Shown piece by piece: positions 1 to 9,095 of a DNA stretch of 64,000 nucleotides. The DNA is from a virus (Duplodnaviria > Heunggongvirae > Uroviricota > Caudoviricetes): positions 92,944-156,943 of the IMG/VR virus record IMGVR_UViG_3300043172_000799. The stretch is one strand, 5' to 3'. Numbering within the stretch: the stretch's first letter is position 1; every line of letters begins with the position of its first letter. Position numbers and translations under genes: made by a program. Under the pieces are notes generated by a model, which was not told where the DNA came from, made no database searches, and was given only the letters and a program-made list of their open reading frames with translations.

Positions 1-373
1 AACGCAGTGCTATTGAAGTAATATCTAAAACAGTTCCTCCTGAATCTCCCATGGGATCTGCTTTGAATCCATCTCTCTCAAAATATAATTCACATTGTGT
101 CCTATTATTCTTAGTGTCGAACTCTACTTTAAACTGATAGGGGTTTTCAAAGACGTATTCTAAGGCACTTGTCACAAGATTTTCAATCCTGAAGGAGAGC
201 TTCTCCTGTGTTTGTCTTCCTACAAGAGTGAGGATATCCAGTGCCATTTCTGCATCAATATAATCAATGCCTAATCTTTGATTCTGTAACGTCTCCGCTT
301 CGTACAATCGACTTATGGAACTAAGTTGTCCTTTGTACTCATGTAGCTTATTCGTGTACTGTGTGGCTGTCAT
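1..373 (-). CDS. SbcC/Rad50-family ABC ATPase, C-terminal half; gene runs off the window start
   Basis: Reverse complement of 1..373 starts with ATG at 373..371, overlapping the TGA stop of the upstream ORF (ATGA). Translation MTATQYTNKLHEYKGQLSSISRLYEAETLQNQRLGIDYIDAEMALDILTLVGRQTQEKLSFRIENLVTSALEYVFENPYQFKVEFDTKNNRTQCELYFERDGFKADPMGDSGGTVLDITSIALR. The 'DSGGTVLDITSIALR' segment looks like an ABC signature motif region of Rad50/SbcC (compare T4 gp46 C-terminal half). Not in the ORF track because the 3' end is truncated by the window edge. Confidence 0.55.
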   Translation of the reverse strand, partial: MTATQYTNKLHEYKGQLSSISRLYEAETLQNQRLGIDYIDAEMALDILTLVGRQTQEKLSFRIENLVTSALEYVFENPYQFKVEFDTKNNRTQCELYFERDGFKADPMGDSGGTVLDITSIALR

Positions 374-717
374 ACGTCATCTACCTCTTGACAGAATTCT
401 ATGTCAAGCTCATCTTCCTCAGATACAATGATAACAGCTCCTGATTCTTCATCTGTAGAAGTCCAATCTCCTGTATTTGTATCACTATAGAAAGGATAGA
501 AACCTTCAATAAACTTATAGAAAGTTTTCTTATCATGATCATACTTAGAATCTTCATGATGAAATCCCATTGTTACATGCTCACATATATCCTCTAGATC
601 ATCGAATGTATAAAAAGTATTTTTCCAATCTCCAAGAATGAAATAATCTATAACTTTTTTTTCATCAGGAAATGTAACCTGATACTTTGCTGATATATCT
701 ACATCATATTTTTTCAT
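370..717 (-). CDS. hypothetical acidic protein
   Basis: 115-aa ORF. Its stop overlaps the downstream start (ATGA). No motif recognised. Confidence 0.4.
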   Translation of the reverse strand: MKKYDVDISAKYQVTFPDEKKVIDYFILGDWKNTFYTFDDLEDICEHVTMGFHHEDSKYDHDKKTFYKFIEGFYPFYSDTNTGDWTSTDEESGAVIIVSEEDELDIEFCQEVDDV

Positions 718-1142
718 TTATTTACCTCCGGTGGTATTGTTGCAGATTCTCTGCCAGTGAACCATTGTTTATTCCTATATGTAGAGGAGCCAACATCCTC
801 CATAATCATATAACTATCTTTATGAACTCCTACTACTTTACACCATTGTCCATCGTTCAGCAGTTCATCAAACCACCATTTAGTACAAATCTCCTCATGG
901 CTCGGTATTTTTGGTTCTGGTAGTCGATAATATAATTTACCATCAAAGGATTCTCCAGATTCTTTATGTTTCCCATATTTGAGAGTATACATTACTGCTA
1001 TGAATCTGTCTTCACTTGAAAATATGTCTATTTCAGAGTTTACTTCTCTCTCTGGTGTAATCCATGCAAATTCATATTTACCTTCTTTAAACATCTCTTT
1101 ATCGGAGAGATTATCCAACTTTACTTTTTTCCACCCATCCAT
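714..1142 (-). CDS. hypothetical protein
   Basis: 142-aa ORF, 4-nt overlap with downstream gene. Start may be an internal Met, which would remove the 32-nt overlap with rnh. Confidence 0.4.
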   Translation of the reverse strand: MDGWKKVKLDNLSDKEMFKEGKYEFAWITPEREVNSEIDIFSSEDRFIAVMYTLKYGKHKESGESFDGKLYYRLPEPKIPSHEEICTKWWFDELLNDGQWCKVVGVHKDSYMIMEDVGSSTYRNKQWFTGRESATIPPEVNK

Positions 1143-1563
1143 ATTCTTTCTCCTTTCTAAATTCCTTACTCTTCTTATCCGCTATTTTTAGCATATGAGC
1201 ACTTCTGGAAAGATGCTCTGTTATAACGTCTATCTCATTCTTTTTAAAATAATCTAAAACAAATTTTAACGCAGGATGTTTGTTTAATAACTTCTTACTT
1301 GTTTTCTTATGCTTATCAAGCATGGCAACACTAATAATAGAGTCACAATATATTCTAAAACTTGTAATACTATATTTGTCATGTATTGCCTTTACTGCGT
1401 AGTATACCCCCATAATTTCTGCGGTATTATTATTTTCTGCTTCAAATACTTCTGAAGATTCTACCACCCTTCTGTTATTATCTGGAGAATGATAGACATA
1501 TCCTGCTTGAGATTTCCTGTCCGATTGAAAAGAAGAATCCACCCAAACTTTTAAATAGCCCAA
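1111..1563 (-). CDS. rnh: ribonuclease H (RNase HI-like)
   Basis: 'LKVWVDSSFQSDRKSQAGYVY' matches the RNase HI N-terminal DG(S/A)-GxGGyG motif. 'NNTAEIMGVYYAVK' matches TNNRMEL. Downstream 'YCDS' and C-terminal 'HLSRSAH' are also present. Confidence 0.7.
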   Translation of the reverse strand: MGYLKVWVDSSFQSDRKSQAGYVYHSPDNNRRVVESSEVFEAENNNTAEIMGVYYAVKAIHDKYSITSFRIYCDSIISVAMLDKHKKTSKKLLNKHPALKFVLDYFKKNEIDVITEHLSRSAHMLKIADKKSKEFRKEKEYGWVEKSKVG

Positions 1564-1790
1564 TCGTAGGCTTCATCAAGGGTTGTAGATTTTTCTTTTA
1601 TTTCTGTTTCAATCTCTGTAATCTCTTTGTCCCTTATAGATAGCTCCTTATCAATCCCTTTAATAGTCTTACAACCAAAATCAGTATCGGCAGTTTTATA
1701 CTCAGTTTCCAACTTTGTCTCAACCTGAATCTTTTTTTTCTGGTTCTCATCAATGATTTTCTTAATTGCTAGTACATCTTTCTTTTCCAA
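1551..1790 (-). CDS. hypothetical protein (coiled-coil)
   Basis: 79-aa ORF, charged. Confidence 0.35.
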   Translation of the reverse strand: MEKKDVLAIKKIIDENQKKKIQVETKLETEYKTADTDFGCKTIKGIDKELSIRDKEITEIETEIKEKSTTLDEAYDWAI

Positions 1791-1791
1791 A

Positions 1792-2019
1792 TTATTTCTC
1801 CTTTTTCATTTCTTTAGGTGTCTCTGTAGAGGGTTTATCTTTTACCCATTCTTTAGGACCATCTTTATACACAGGATCTCTATCCTCTATCACTGCAAGT
1901 ATTAATTCCATTCCATTGTACATACCATGCATGTATGGATCAAAATCCCAGTTTCCTGGTGAGCCTTGAGTTTTTAATAGCTCTTTGGCTTGTTCAATTA
2001 TTTCATCTTTTATTTCCAT
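1792..2019 (-). CDS. hypothetical protein
   Basis: 75-aa ORF in operon context. Confidence 0.35.
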   Translation of the reverse strand: MEIKDEIIEQAKELLKTQGSPGNWDFDPYMHGMYNGMELILAVIEDRDPVYKDGPKEWVKDKPSTETPKEMKKEK

Positions 2020-2310
2020 TTAACTTTCCTTATCAATTGCTTTTATTACTATATCAAGTTTATTTCGTAGTTTTTTCATCTCAAAGATAACTTGCTCTCT
2101 GATGGTTCTTTCGTAGTCGTCATTCTCATCATCCCATCCACGATCAGATTCAGCATCAGAGTACACAATAAAATCATCAAACTTTATATAATCTTCTCCG
2201 TTGTAAGTATACGAAAATCCAAGGAGATCACAATCATCATCTGTTTCCCAAATATCTTCATGAAGCTCATCTATCAAATTTATAAGTTCTATAATTCCTT
2301 TATTCATCAT
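2020..2310 (-). CDS. hypothetical acidic protein
   Basis: 96-aa ORF, Asp/Glu-rich. Confidence 0.35.
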   Translation of the reverse strand: MMNKGIIELINLIDELHEDIWETDDDCDLLGFSYTYNGEDYIKFDDFIVYSDAESDRGWDDENDDYERTIREQVIFEMKKLRNKLDIVIKAIDKES

Positions 2311-2316
2311 TTCCTC

Positions 2317-2601
2317 CTAATACTTTGTAATTTCTACAGGAGACACATGAACTATCTCTCCGTGTTCCTTAGTAACTATAATATTATATGTTGGTATTAT
2401 TTCACCTTCAGAAACTTCTCTAAAAAGCTCAGAAAATCCAATGTATTCAAATTCCATTTGGTGATATATGTGTTCCACTCTAGTAGGGATGAAACTCAAA
2501 ATCCCCAACACTGTAGCTGTTTCCATAGTCATTAACATACTTTGGGGTAAATAGAACTTACCTATTCTTCTACTCATCAGGATACCTTTCTTTCCAACCA
2601 T
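2317..2601 (-). CDS. hypothetical protein
   Basis: 94-aa ORF. Confidence 0.3.
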   Translation of the reverse strand: MVGKKGILMSRRIGKFYLPQSMLMTMETATVLGILSFIPTRVEHIYHQMEFEYIGFSELFREVSEGEIIPTYNIIVTKEHGEIVHVSPVEITKY

Positions 2602-3229
2602 GCTGATCTAAAGATTCACCATACCATTCCCAGTTATTTACTCCACCGGCTTCAAGGCAGGAAAGAAGAAAATCTCTTTTTCTAAGATATGCTAGAGTCT
2701 CATTCTTTTTAGCACCATCCAAATTATCTATAGAATCCTGCAAGTTGCTGTATTCTGAAGTTTTGTCTGTAAGCTTAATGGTGATTATGTCCATTTCATT
2801 TTGGATATCTCCTACTGATGTTTCAGATCTTTTATATAGATCTTCTAAATCAGTTATTTGTGTGGTTAGTTCCTTACTAAGTTTCTCCCCTTCTTTCATC
2901 GAGAGTTTCATATCCCCCAGAACTAAAGAAATGTCTTCAATTTCTTTCATCTTAGATTTATATTGCTTCCCCAACTTTTCCAGTGGCTCATGTTTAAATA
3001 AAGTATACACAATAGTTGGTAATCCTTCATGCTCATAATTCATACTAATCTCATGGTGAAACCCACCATCACCAGAAACTTCCATAGCTTCCCCTTCATA
3101 TAGAGGAATAACAAGATACTTTATTCTTCTATCTATTGTTTCCATCCAATCATCTAGCAACACTTCCTGCCCATTATCTAAAAAGAAAGGACCACCATCT
3201 TCTAAATTATACCCGTCTGTAGTTTTCAA
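2570..3229 (-). CDS. hypothetical protein
   Basis: 219-aa ORF, coiled-coil middle, stop overlaps downstream start. Confidence 0.4.
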   Translation of the reverse strand: MKTTDGYNLEDGGPFFLDNGQEVLLDDWMETIDRRIKYLVIPLYEGEAMEVSGDGGFHHEISMNYEHEGLPTIVYTLFKHEPLEKLGKQYKSKMKEIEDISLVLGDMKLSMKEGEKLSKELTTQITDLEDLYKRSETSVGDIQNEMDIITIKLTDKTSEYSNLQDSIDNLDGAKKNETLAYLRKRDFLLSCLEAGGVNNWEWYGESLDQHGWKERYPDE

Positions 3230-3468
3230 TTTTTCCTCCTAAGTTTCTTTCGCATATTTCTTCTTTTATTAGTATCCTTTTTTGCTTTTTCCAGATCAGC
3301 TTTAGTTTCCTCGTACATACGTATAATAGTATTCTCACGTATCTTCTTTTCCATTTTGGTTTTCATCATCATATTTCTTTGTTCAACCAGAATATCTTTC
3401 TCAAAATCAGTAGGATCATCTCCATTTATGATTTTCATTAATCTATCTGGTGGTATTATCCTATTCAA
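3226..3468 (-). CDS. hypothetical basic protein
   Basis: 80-aa Lys/Arg-rich ORF. The track start is a TTG preceded by AGGGGGA. Confidence 0.35.
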   Translation of the reverse strand: MNRIIPPDRLMKIINGDDPTDFEKDILVEQRNMMMKTKMEKKIRENTIIRMYEETKADLEKAKKDTNKRRNMRKKLRRKN

Positions 3469-3487
3469 TATTGTCCCCCTAGAATTA

Positions 3488-3525
3488 TCTGTTATTACCG
3501 ATAATTATCGTTTATTACCAATAAC
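3488..3525 (-). promoter_or_regulatory. palindromic operator-like element between gp47-like and downstream gene
   Basis: Perfect 12-bp palindrome 'CGATAATTATCG' (3499..3510) flanked by near-direct repeats 'TTATTACCGATAA' / 'TTATTACCAATAA'. Confidence 0.3.
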
Positions 3526-3569
3526 TTAATATATTTAGTGCATGATTATCTATTTTTTAATACATGAAC

Positions 3570-4514
3570 TTATTCAATATTTCCCTCCAAGGCTTTGTTT
3601 ATGAACTTCTCCATATTAGGATTAATCATAAGATCCTCTTCCTTGTTGTACTTATTTTCAGCAATGTATGCTTCCACATTCTTCTCAAAAGAATCAGTCA
3701 ATTCGTACTCCTCATCCATAGTTAGTACGAAACTATCAATTCTTTCTTCTCTTTCTTTCTCAATAACTAAGTGTTTATCAGATATTACACCATCTTCAAT
3801 AGGAAGGTATAATGGTTCAAACTCTTTTGTTTCAGTATCAATCAACCATACCCTAGGCTTGAAATCAATTTGGATAGCTGTTCTTCTCATCAAAGATCCG
3901 GTATTAATTAACGTACATCCTTCATAAGAATAGGTAAAGGGCTTGTGATGGTCTGCGGTAATAATGAAAGAGTAGTCTTTATAAAATTCATGAACAATAT
4001 CTTCTGCAACTAACCCCCCAATAAGAGTGTTCTCTCGCTCATCCACAAATCCATGATATAAACCAATATGAACATTCCCATCAGATCTCTCCTCCTCAGA
4101 AATATGAGATATCTCTTCTCCCCAATTGAAACCATGTACCATAACATTAGAGTCAGGGATTAAGTATGGTTCTTTCCATACATGTATAATATTACCATAT
4201 TTGATAGGAACACTAATTATAGATTCATCTAGGTAATCTAATGATTTATTTTTTAAACAATGGTTTCCTGCTATCGCAATCAATCCATCTATATTTTTTC
4301 TAATGAGATCAATGGTAGCAATTGCCTCAGATACACTCTGTCCAACAGCTCTGTCTACTATATCTCCTGCATCAATTCTTTTAGCATTGTATTTTTCTGT
4401 TAAATGGTTAACATACTCCAAAGCTGTAACTTGTGCTTGATAATAATTGTCTGTTCTGCAAATAGGAGTCTTTGACCCATCTAAGTGCATATCTCCACTA
4501 GCGAGTAGTTTCAT
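3570..4514 (-). CDS. Mre11/SbcD-like metallophosphoesterase nuclease (T4 gp47-like)
   Basis: Calcineurin-like phosphoesterase motifs: 'GDMHLD', 'AGDIVDR', 'AGNHC', 'YHGF', 'ITADHH'. N-terminus resembles T4 gp47 (MK..L.GD.HLG). Confidence 0.75.
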   Translation of the reverse strand: MKLLASGDMHLDGSKTPICRTDNYYQAQVTALEYVNHLTEKYNAKRIDAGDIVDRAVGQSVSEAIATIDLIRKNIDGLIAIAGNHCLKNKSLDYLDESIISVPIKYGNIIHVWKEPYLIPDSNVMVHGFNWGEEISHISEEERSDGNVHIGLYHGFVDERENTLIGGLVAEDIVHEFYKDYSFIITADHHKPFTYSYEGCTLINTGSLMRRTAIQIDFKPRVWLIDTETKEFEPLYLPIEDGVISDKHLVIEKEREERIDSFVLTMDEEYELTDSFEKNVEAYIAENKYNKEEDLMINPNMEKFINKALEGNIE

Positions 4515-5269
4515 GGTTTCTCCTCCTGATTCAGACTTGTAGGGGATTCTTTGTAATATATTTTCTCAAATTCCTGTCTAGCCTTACATGCCCCATTAAA
4601 ATCTGTAAATGAGCCTATATGATGTCGTTTTTTATTTATGCTTATTTGAGCAATCCATCTATTGTTTTTAGAACTCCAGTGAACACCTTTAATCCCAGAA
4701 GTATTATTTTTATATACTTTTGTATTTATGGCATTCTGAGATTTGTCACATATCCGCAAGTTCAATGTGCGATTATTTAAAGGATTTCTATCCCTGTGAT
4801 CCACCAAAGTACCTTCATCTGCGTCTAATATTATTCTATGCATACGCAATAATTTTCCGTCTTCTCTGGTATCTGCATATCCACCATTACAATACCAACA
4901 ATAATTTCGCACTTTAATGTAATCTTCCTTATCAATAATTGTATATCCATGAGCTTCATTGAAGAAAAATATTTTAACATAATCATCACAATCTTCTATT
5001 GGGTTTGTTTTAGAGTTAGCAGATCCTGATTCCTTCGCTGTTTCTATTCTGTAGCACCCACAACTTGTGGTATGTCCAGATACTAGATTTTGTTTTATAG
5101 CACAAATTACACTTTCAGTCGGACAAGAACATTTACAAAAATATTTCCATTGAGATGGTTTTACCCTATCGCCTTCTTTATCAATTTTACTATTTTCATC
5201 TACCCCAACGACAGTGAGCCTCCCAAACTCCATACCTTTCTTTAGATGTTTAGGGTATTTTTGTTTCAT
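4511..5269 (-). CDS. free-standing HNH-AP2 homing endonuclease
   Basis: N-terminal Cys cluster ('CKCSCP...SCGC'). HNH_3 motif 'VDHRDRNPLNNRTLNLRICDKSQN'. C-terminal AP2 domain 'SGIKGVHWSSKNNRWIAQISINKKRHHIGSF'. Overlaps both neighbours by 4 nt. Paralogous to 12781..13329, 22858..23628 and 27933..28721. Confidence 0.8.
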   Translation of the reverse strand: MKQKYPKHLKKGMEFGRLTVVGVDENSKIDKEGDRVKPSQWKYFCKCSCPTESVICAIKQNLVSGHTTSCGCYRIETAKESGSANSKTNPIEDCDDYVKIFFFNEAHGYTIIDKEDYIKVRNYCWYCNGGYADTREDGKLLRMHRIILDADEGTLVDHRDRNPLNNRTLNLRICDKSQNAINTKVYKNNTSGIKGVHWSSKNNRWIAQISINKKRHHIGSFTDFNGACKARQEFEKIYYKESPTSLNQEEKP

Positions 5270-5850
5270 CTACTCCCCTCCCCTTTTAAAAACCTCTTCG
5301 CTTGATAAATTATATTAGGAGTAATTCCCACATAAGGATCAATCCAAAAATAATTATCCTTTTGCCACAGTAGCATATCACTATCATCATCAAAGATCAC
5401 ATATTTTATTTCCCTATCAAATCCTTTAGCATAGTGCGTAAGCCAACAAGCTATTTCCATCCCTCTAGGTGGAGTGTAGTTCCAATCTGCAAGTCTAAAA
5501 GAGGGTGTTTTCCCAATAATGTTTCCTTTGAATCCTTTTAGTTTGAATGTATTTTGCAATTCCTCTATAGTTCTGCCTTGTCTCCAAGTAGAAGATATAA
5601 TAAAGTAGAGATTAGGAACATCTTCCGCTAACGTATTTAAGAATTCCACACGCTCTGAATCAATATCTGAAAGCATTATAGGTATTCCATCCCCAACTTC
5701 AGGATATAACACCTCTGAGGTGTTTCGTCTTTCATGTTGTCTCATCTCCTTATAGTATAGCTGATGATTCAATACACCGTCAATATCTAAAAATACTAAT
5801 TTTGTATCTTTAGTGAACTTAAAATTATCTATAATGAACTCACCCATCAT
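5266..5850 (-). CDS. HAD-superfamily phosphatase (nucleotidase / 3'-phosphatase-like)
   Basis: HAD motif I 'FLDIDGVLN', motif II 'ISSTW', motif IV 'FDDDSD'. Confidence 0.6.
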   Translation of the reverse strand: MMGEFIIDNFKFTKDTKLVFLDIDGVLNHQLYYKEMRQHERRNTSEVLYPEVGDGIPIMLSDIDSERVEFLNTLAEDVPNLYFIISSTWRQGRTIEELQNTFKLKGFKGNIIGKTPSFRLADWNYTPPRGMEIACWLTHYAKGFDREIKYVIFDDDSDMLLWQKDNYFWIDPYVGITPNIIYQAKRFLKGEGSR

Positions 5851-6524
5851 TTCCCCTTAAACAGCGTATCATTACGATAAACAACAACTTGATTCTGTGG
5901 ACTTAAAATCTGCACATCATGCCCACAAGTTACAATACTAATATTATTTTGTTCTAACTGCTGTGTACTTAATAATTGATGATTAGGCATACAACATGGG
6001 TTAGTATAAACATATTTCCAATTAGGGAAGGCTTTCATTACTTCCATAGTGTGTACATGTGAATGAACTAACACAATGGCAAGATGTTTCTTTTTTTGTG
6101 TTCCCATAGCATACCAACTATCCATAGCAGACATATTCTTTTCATAATCTTGCCATGTAGATTTATATGCATTAAAATCTACAACATCATACCGTTCCAT
6201 CCAATTATTCATAAATTTAAGATTGGTTTGTGGATCAATAGACACATTAACCGATTTACCCATGAAAGTAAAGAGTGCTCCGGTACGAGCTGTACTTCCA
6301 TCCCCAATATGAAGATTAAAAAAATCATCTAATTTCAATCCATCTTTATACACGGCATTTGCTACATGATGAAATGCCCCATAACTTTCTGTAATCTCTT
6401 TAATGGGATTTGCAGTATGTCCAAATAACGTACTGAGTTCTTCATAGCAATTTCTCTTTAATAAACTATTTGCATATTTCATTAACACACCTCCTTTTTC
6501 ATTTCTCCACCACATACAGGGCAA
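5847..6524 (-). CDS. hypothetical protein
   Basis: 225-aa ORF. No ABC signature, so it is not the missing SbcC C-terminal half. His-rich 'VHSHVHT' and 'TCGHD'. Confidence 0.4.
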   Translation of the reverse strand: MPCMWWRNEKGGVLMKYANSLLKRNCYEELSTLFGHTANPIKEITESYGAFHHVANAVYKDGLKLDDFFNLHIGDGSTARTGALFTFMGKSVNVSIDPQTNLKFMNNWMERYDVVDFNAYKSTWQDYEKNMSAMDSWYAMGTQKKKHLAIVLVHSHVHTMEVMKAFPNWKYVYTNPCCMPNHQLLSTQQLEQNNISIVTCGHDVQILSPQNQVVVYRNDTLFKGK

Positions 6525-7705
6525 GCTTCATCCTTGATCTTCTCAAAATCCTCTTCAATAGATTTATCATAATCTCTCAGATCATCTTCCCAATCTTCAA
6601 TACTAACAGAGATACCTTCAAGTGTTTGATACTCTTTCTTAAGAGTATCTAGCTCATCATAAAGAGTAAGGAGTTCTGCCACATTTCCTTTATACTTATC
6701 AACATCTGTATAGGTTTTGAGTTCTGCTTCATAAGCTTCAATATTTTCAATGCAATCCAGTCTCTTGTTATACTCATCTACCTTTTTTGATTTTAGATCA
6801 AACAGAGGCAGGAGTTTTTCTACTAGATCTTTATTCTTGACAGTCCTATCAATCTCTTTTAATTCTCTTTCTTTAGTGGAGATACTATCTTTAATATCAA
6901 AAAGATCAGTTCTCTGTTCAATTTTCTCATCGAGAGCATTGTGTAATTTTAGCACATTCTCTACTAAAGTGGAATTGGAAGTGATATCCTCTATTGACTT
7001 TAATTCTTTAGAAAGATTCTCCAAATTCTCCCTAATACCAACTAGATGCTCATGCCCCTCTTTATTCTCTATCAGTTCTTTTTCTAATTCCAGTAACTCA
7101 TTAACATCTTTTCCCATAGCTTCAATAAAATCGAATTTGGCAATTTCTTCACTGTACTTCTTAAGATTAATATCAGAAGCATCTTTTTCCTTTTTAATCT
7201 TTCTAATAATCTTTCCGGCATTGGAAATAGATTCATCAATGATCTCTAGATTCACCATCTTATTGAGTGTCTTAGCTACCGTAGATGAGTTGTCATTAAG
7301 CATAAAATGTGTTTCGAACTGACTCTGGGTATTGACCTCATTTATATTTAGGATGCGCTGTACGTCTTCTGGAACGCTCTGATTGAAGTTCTGAATAGGA
7401 TCATTATTATTGATGATGTACATATTCTCAGTACGGGTACGCACCCTCTTGATACTATCTCCTTCAAATGTTCTAATTTCTACAGAACACGTTTCTCCTT
7501 TCTTTATCTTTCCTTTATCATCTTGTATCCAGTGGGAAGCATAATTATTTCCTTGATAGTTTTTGAATACAAAAGCCATAGCGTGTTGTAGATTACTTTT
7601 TCCAGCATCTCCTGATGCTGTTATTGTGTTCAATCCATCTATAAAAGAAAATACTTCATGCTTGTACGGACCATAGTTTGTAAGTTCAACTTCCTTTATT
7701 TTCAT
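6482..7705 (-). CDS. SbcC/Rad50-like ATPase, N-terminal half ending at the zinc hook (T4 gp46-like)
   Basis: N-terminal Walker A 'TITASGDAGKSNLQHAMAFVF'. Then about 300 aa of Glu/Lys-rich coiled coil. Ends 'CPVCGGEMKKEVC', a Rad50-type CxxC hook. No signature, Walker B or H-loop. Confidence 0.7.
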   Translation of the reverse strand: MKIKEVELTNYGPYKHEVFSFIDGLNTITASGDAGKSNLQHAMAFVFKNYQGNNYASHWIQDDKGKIKKGETCSVEIRTFEGDSIKRVRTRTENMYIINNNDPIQNFNQSVPEDVQRILNINEVNTQSQFETHFMLNDNSSTVAKTLNKMVNLEIIDESISNAGKIIRKIKKEKDASDINLKKYSEEIAKFDFIEAMGKDVNELLELEKELIENKEGHEHLVGIRENLENLSKELKSIEDITSNSTLVENVLKLHNALDEKIEQRTDLFDIKDSISTKERELKEIDRTVKNKDLVEKLLPLFDLKSKKVDEYNKRLDCIENIEAYEAELKTYTDVDKYKGNVAELLTLYDELDTLKKEYQTLEGISVSIEDWEDDLRDYDKSIEEDFEKIKDEACPVCGGEMKKEVC

Positions 7706-8202
7706 TTGTAAGCTCCTTGTAATTCCTTGAGTATTCCCCGTAATACTTCAGTTCTCTCTTCCCATTGCTCTACTGTTTCGTGTTTAGGGATAGTCATCAA
7801 ATCTGTTTGAACATCAGCACAACCAGCACTGTAGTACTGAAAATATACATCGGCTTGTCTGTGATACACCAGATCAAGATTATACTTTTCTCTATCTATC
7901 ATAAACCTATCAACGAATCTTTCCCACTCCTCAACTGTTTCGTGTTTTGATGATTGTAACTGGTTAACTTCTTTTAATAGCCTATCAACCTGTTCCCTGT
8001 TTAAAATAAACTCATCCTTGAGATCTTTTGAAGCCAACATAAACCCGAGAGCTAAAATTACGCTCTGATCCCCTTCTCTCAATTTCTCATTCACTATTAT
8101 CCTCCAAGTCTGAGACGGTGGTGAGTTCCCACCAATTAGATTCAGATAAATAACAATCCTGCTCAGTGTCTTTGTCGTACAATTCATAAATAACATAATC
8201 AT
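7702..8202 (-). CDS. hypothetical protein with two 'KHETVE(E/Q)WE' repeats
   Basis: Internal repeats 'SKHETVEEWERF' and 'PKHETVEQWEER'. The true start is probably an internal Met, since the track ORF overlaps its upstream neighbour by 116 nt. Confidence 0.4.
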   Translation of the reverse strand: MIMLFMNCTTKTLSRIVIYLNLIGGNSPPSQTWRIIVNEKLREGDQSVILALGFMLASKDLKDEFILNREQVDRLLKEVNQLQSSKHETVEEWERFVDRFMIDREKYNLDLVYHRQADVYFQYYSAGCADVQTDLMTIPKHETVEQWEERTEVLRGILKELQGAYK

Positions 8203-8665
8203 TATCCATTACTCTTATCAATTGAGCTAAACGCCCTTTAACGGCTCCATGTTTAATTTTTACAATCGGTGACAATTTCGCGATTTCATCGGTTATTTTG
8301 ATTTCTGATATTGGTTTCCAAGACATAGGCAAATTGCCGTGTTTTTTCTGTATTAAGAACTTGTTTATATCCCATCCCCCATTATCAAGATCAGGATTAA
8401 AGCAGAATAAATCTACACCATCATCCAAAGCCACAAAAGTCTCACCACTCTTTTTAATAATTGGCTGTTCAGGTTCTGGTTTGAATTGGGGAATATCAGA
8501 CTGACAGCCTTTACAAAAAACTTTACCATTGCTTTGTCCAAAAGAATTTGTATCTGCTATAGGTTCAAAATCGTTGCACGGCTTAAACTTCCACTCAGTT
8601 GGTGAACCTTTGGCCTTGGTTCCAATCCATTCACACTTACCCATTTGAAGCCTCTTCCAACACAA
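8087..8665 (-). CDS. hypothetical Cys-containing protein
   Basis: 192-aa ORF. 'CKGCQSD' and other Cys pairs. Confidence 0.35.
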   Translation of the reverse strand: MCWKRLQMGKCEWIGTKAKGSPTEWKFKPCNDFEPIADTNSFGQSNGKVFCKGCQSDIPQFKPEPEQPIIKKSGETFVALDDGVDLFCFNPDLDNGGWDINKFLIQKKHGNLPMSWKPISEIKITDEIAKLSPIVKIKHGAVKGRLAQLIRVMDNDYVIYELYDKDTEQDCYLSESNWWELTTVSDLEDNSE

Positions 8666-9074
8666 CTGTATTATTGAAGAAGTCCTTAAAGAATTTATAA
8701 TCTTTTGAATAGATGAAATGATCTACACTAAACTTCTCCAAGTATTCATCCTTGTATTGATCCAATTCTCCGTAGGATTCTATAGTAGGTTTCCCACCCC
8801 CATATATTAAAGTATTCAAAGAGGTTATGGTTACAATGTTGTAATTCCACCATAGCATTTTCTCCACAAATATTTCATCTACACATTCATAGATGTCTTG
8901 CTTGTGATTACTCAGATTTGTATTGATCATATCGTTTGATACACATCTAAATAATTCGGTAAAACGAAACTTGTCTATGAAGAAGTCCATATTATTAAAT
9001 GGACTTCTTGACAACACCTCAAACTTTACATCAATCTCATTTATCTCATTTTCTTTTTTCTTTACAAATAGCAT
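8637..9074 (-). CDS. hypothetical protein
   Basis: 145-aa ORF. Confidence 0.35.
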   Translation of the reverse strand: MLFVKKKENEINEIDVKFEVLSRSPFNNMDFFIDKFRFTELFRCVSNDMINTNLSNHKQDIYECVDEIFVEKMLWWNYNIVTITSLNTLIYGGGKPTIESYGELDQYKDEYLEKFSVDHFIYSKDYKFFKDFFNNTVVLEEASNG

Positions 9075-9095
9075 ATTTTCTCCTAAGTTTTTAAT

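Noticed and set aside
5847-6524. Candidate for the missing C-terminal ABC lobe of the SbcC-like protein
   Set aside because: No LSGG signature, Walker B or H-loop. Sequence is unrelated.
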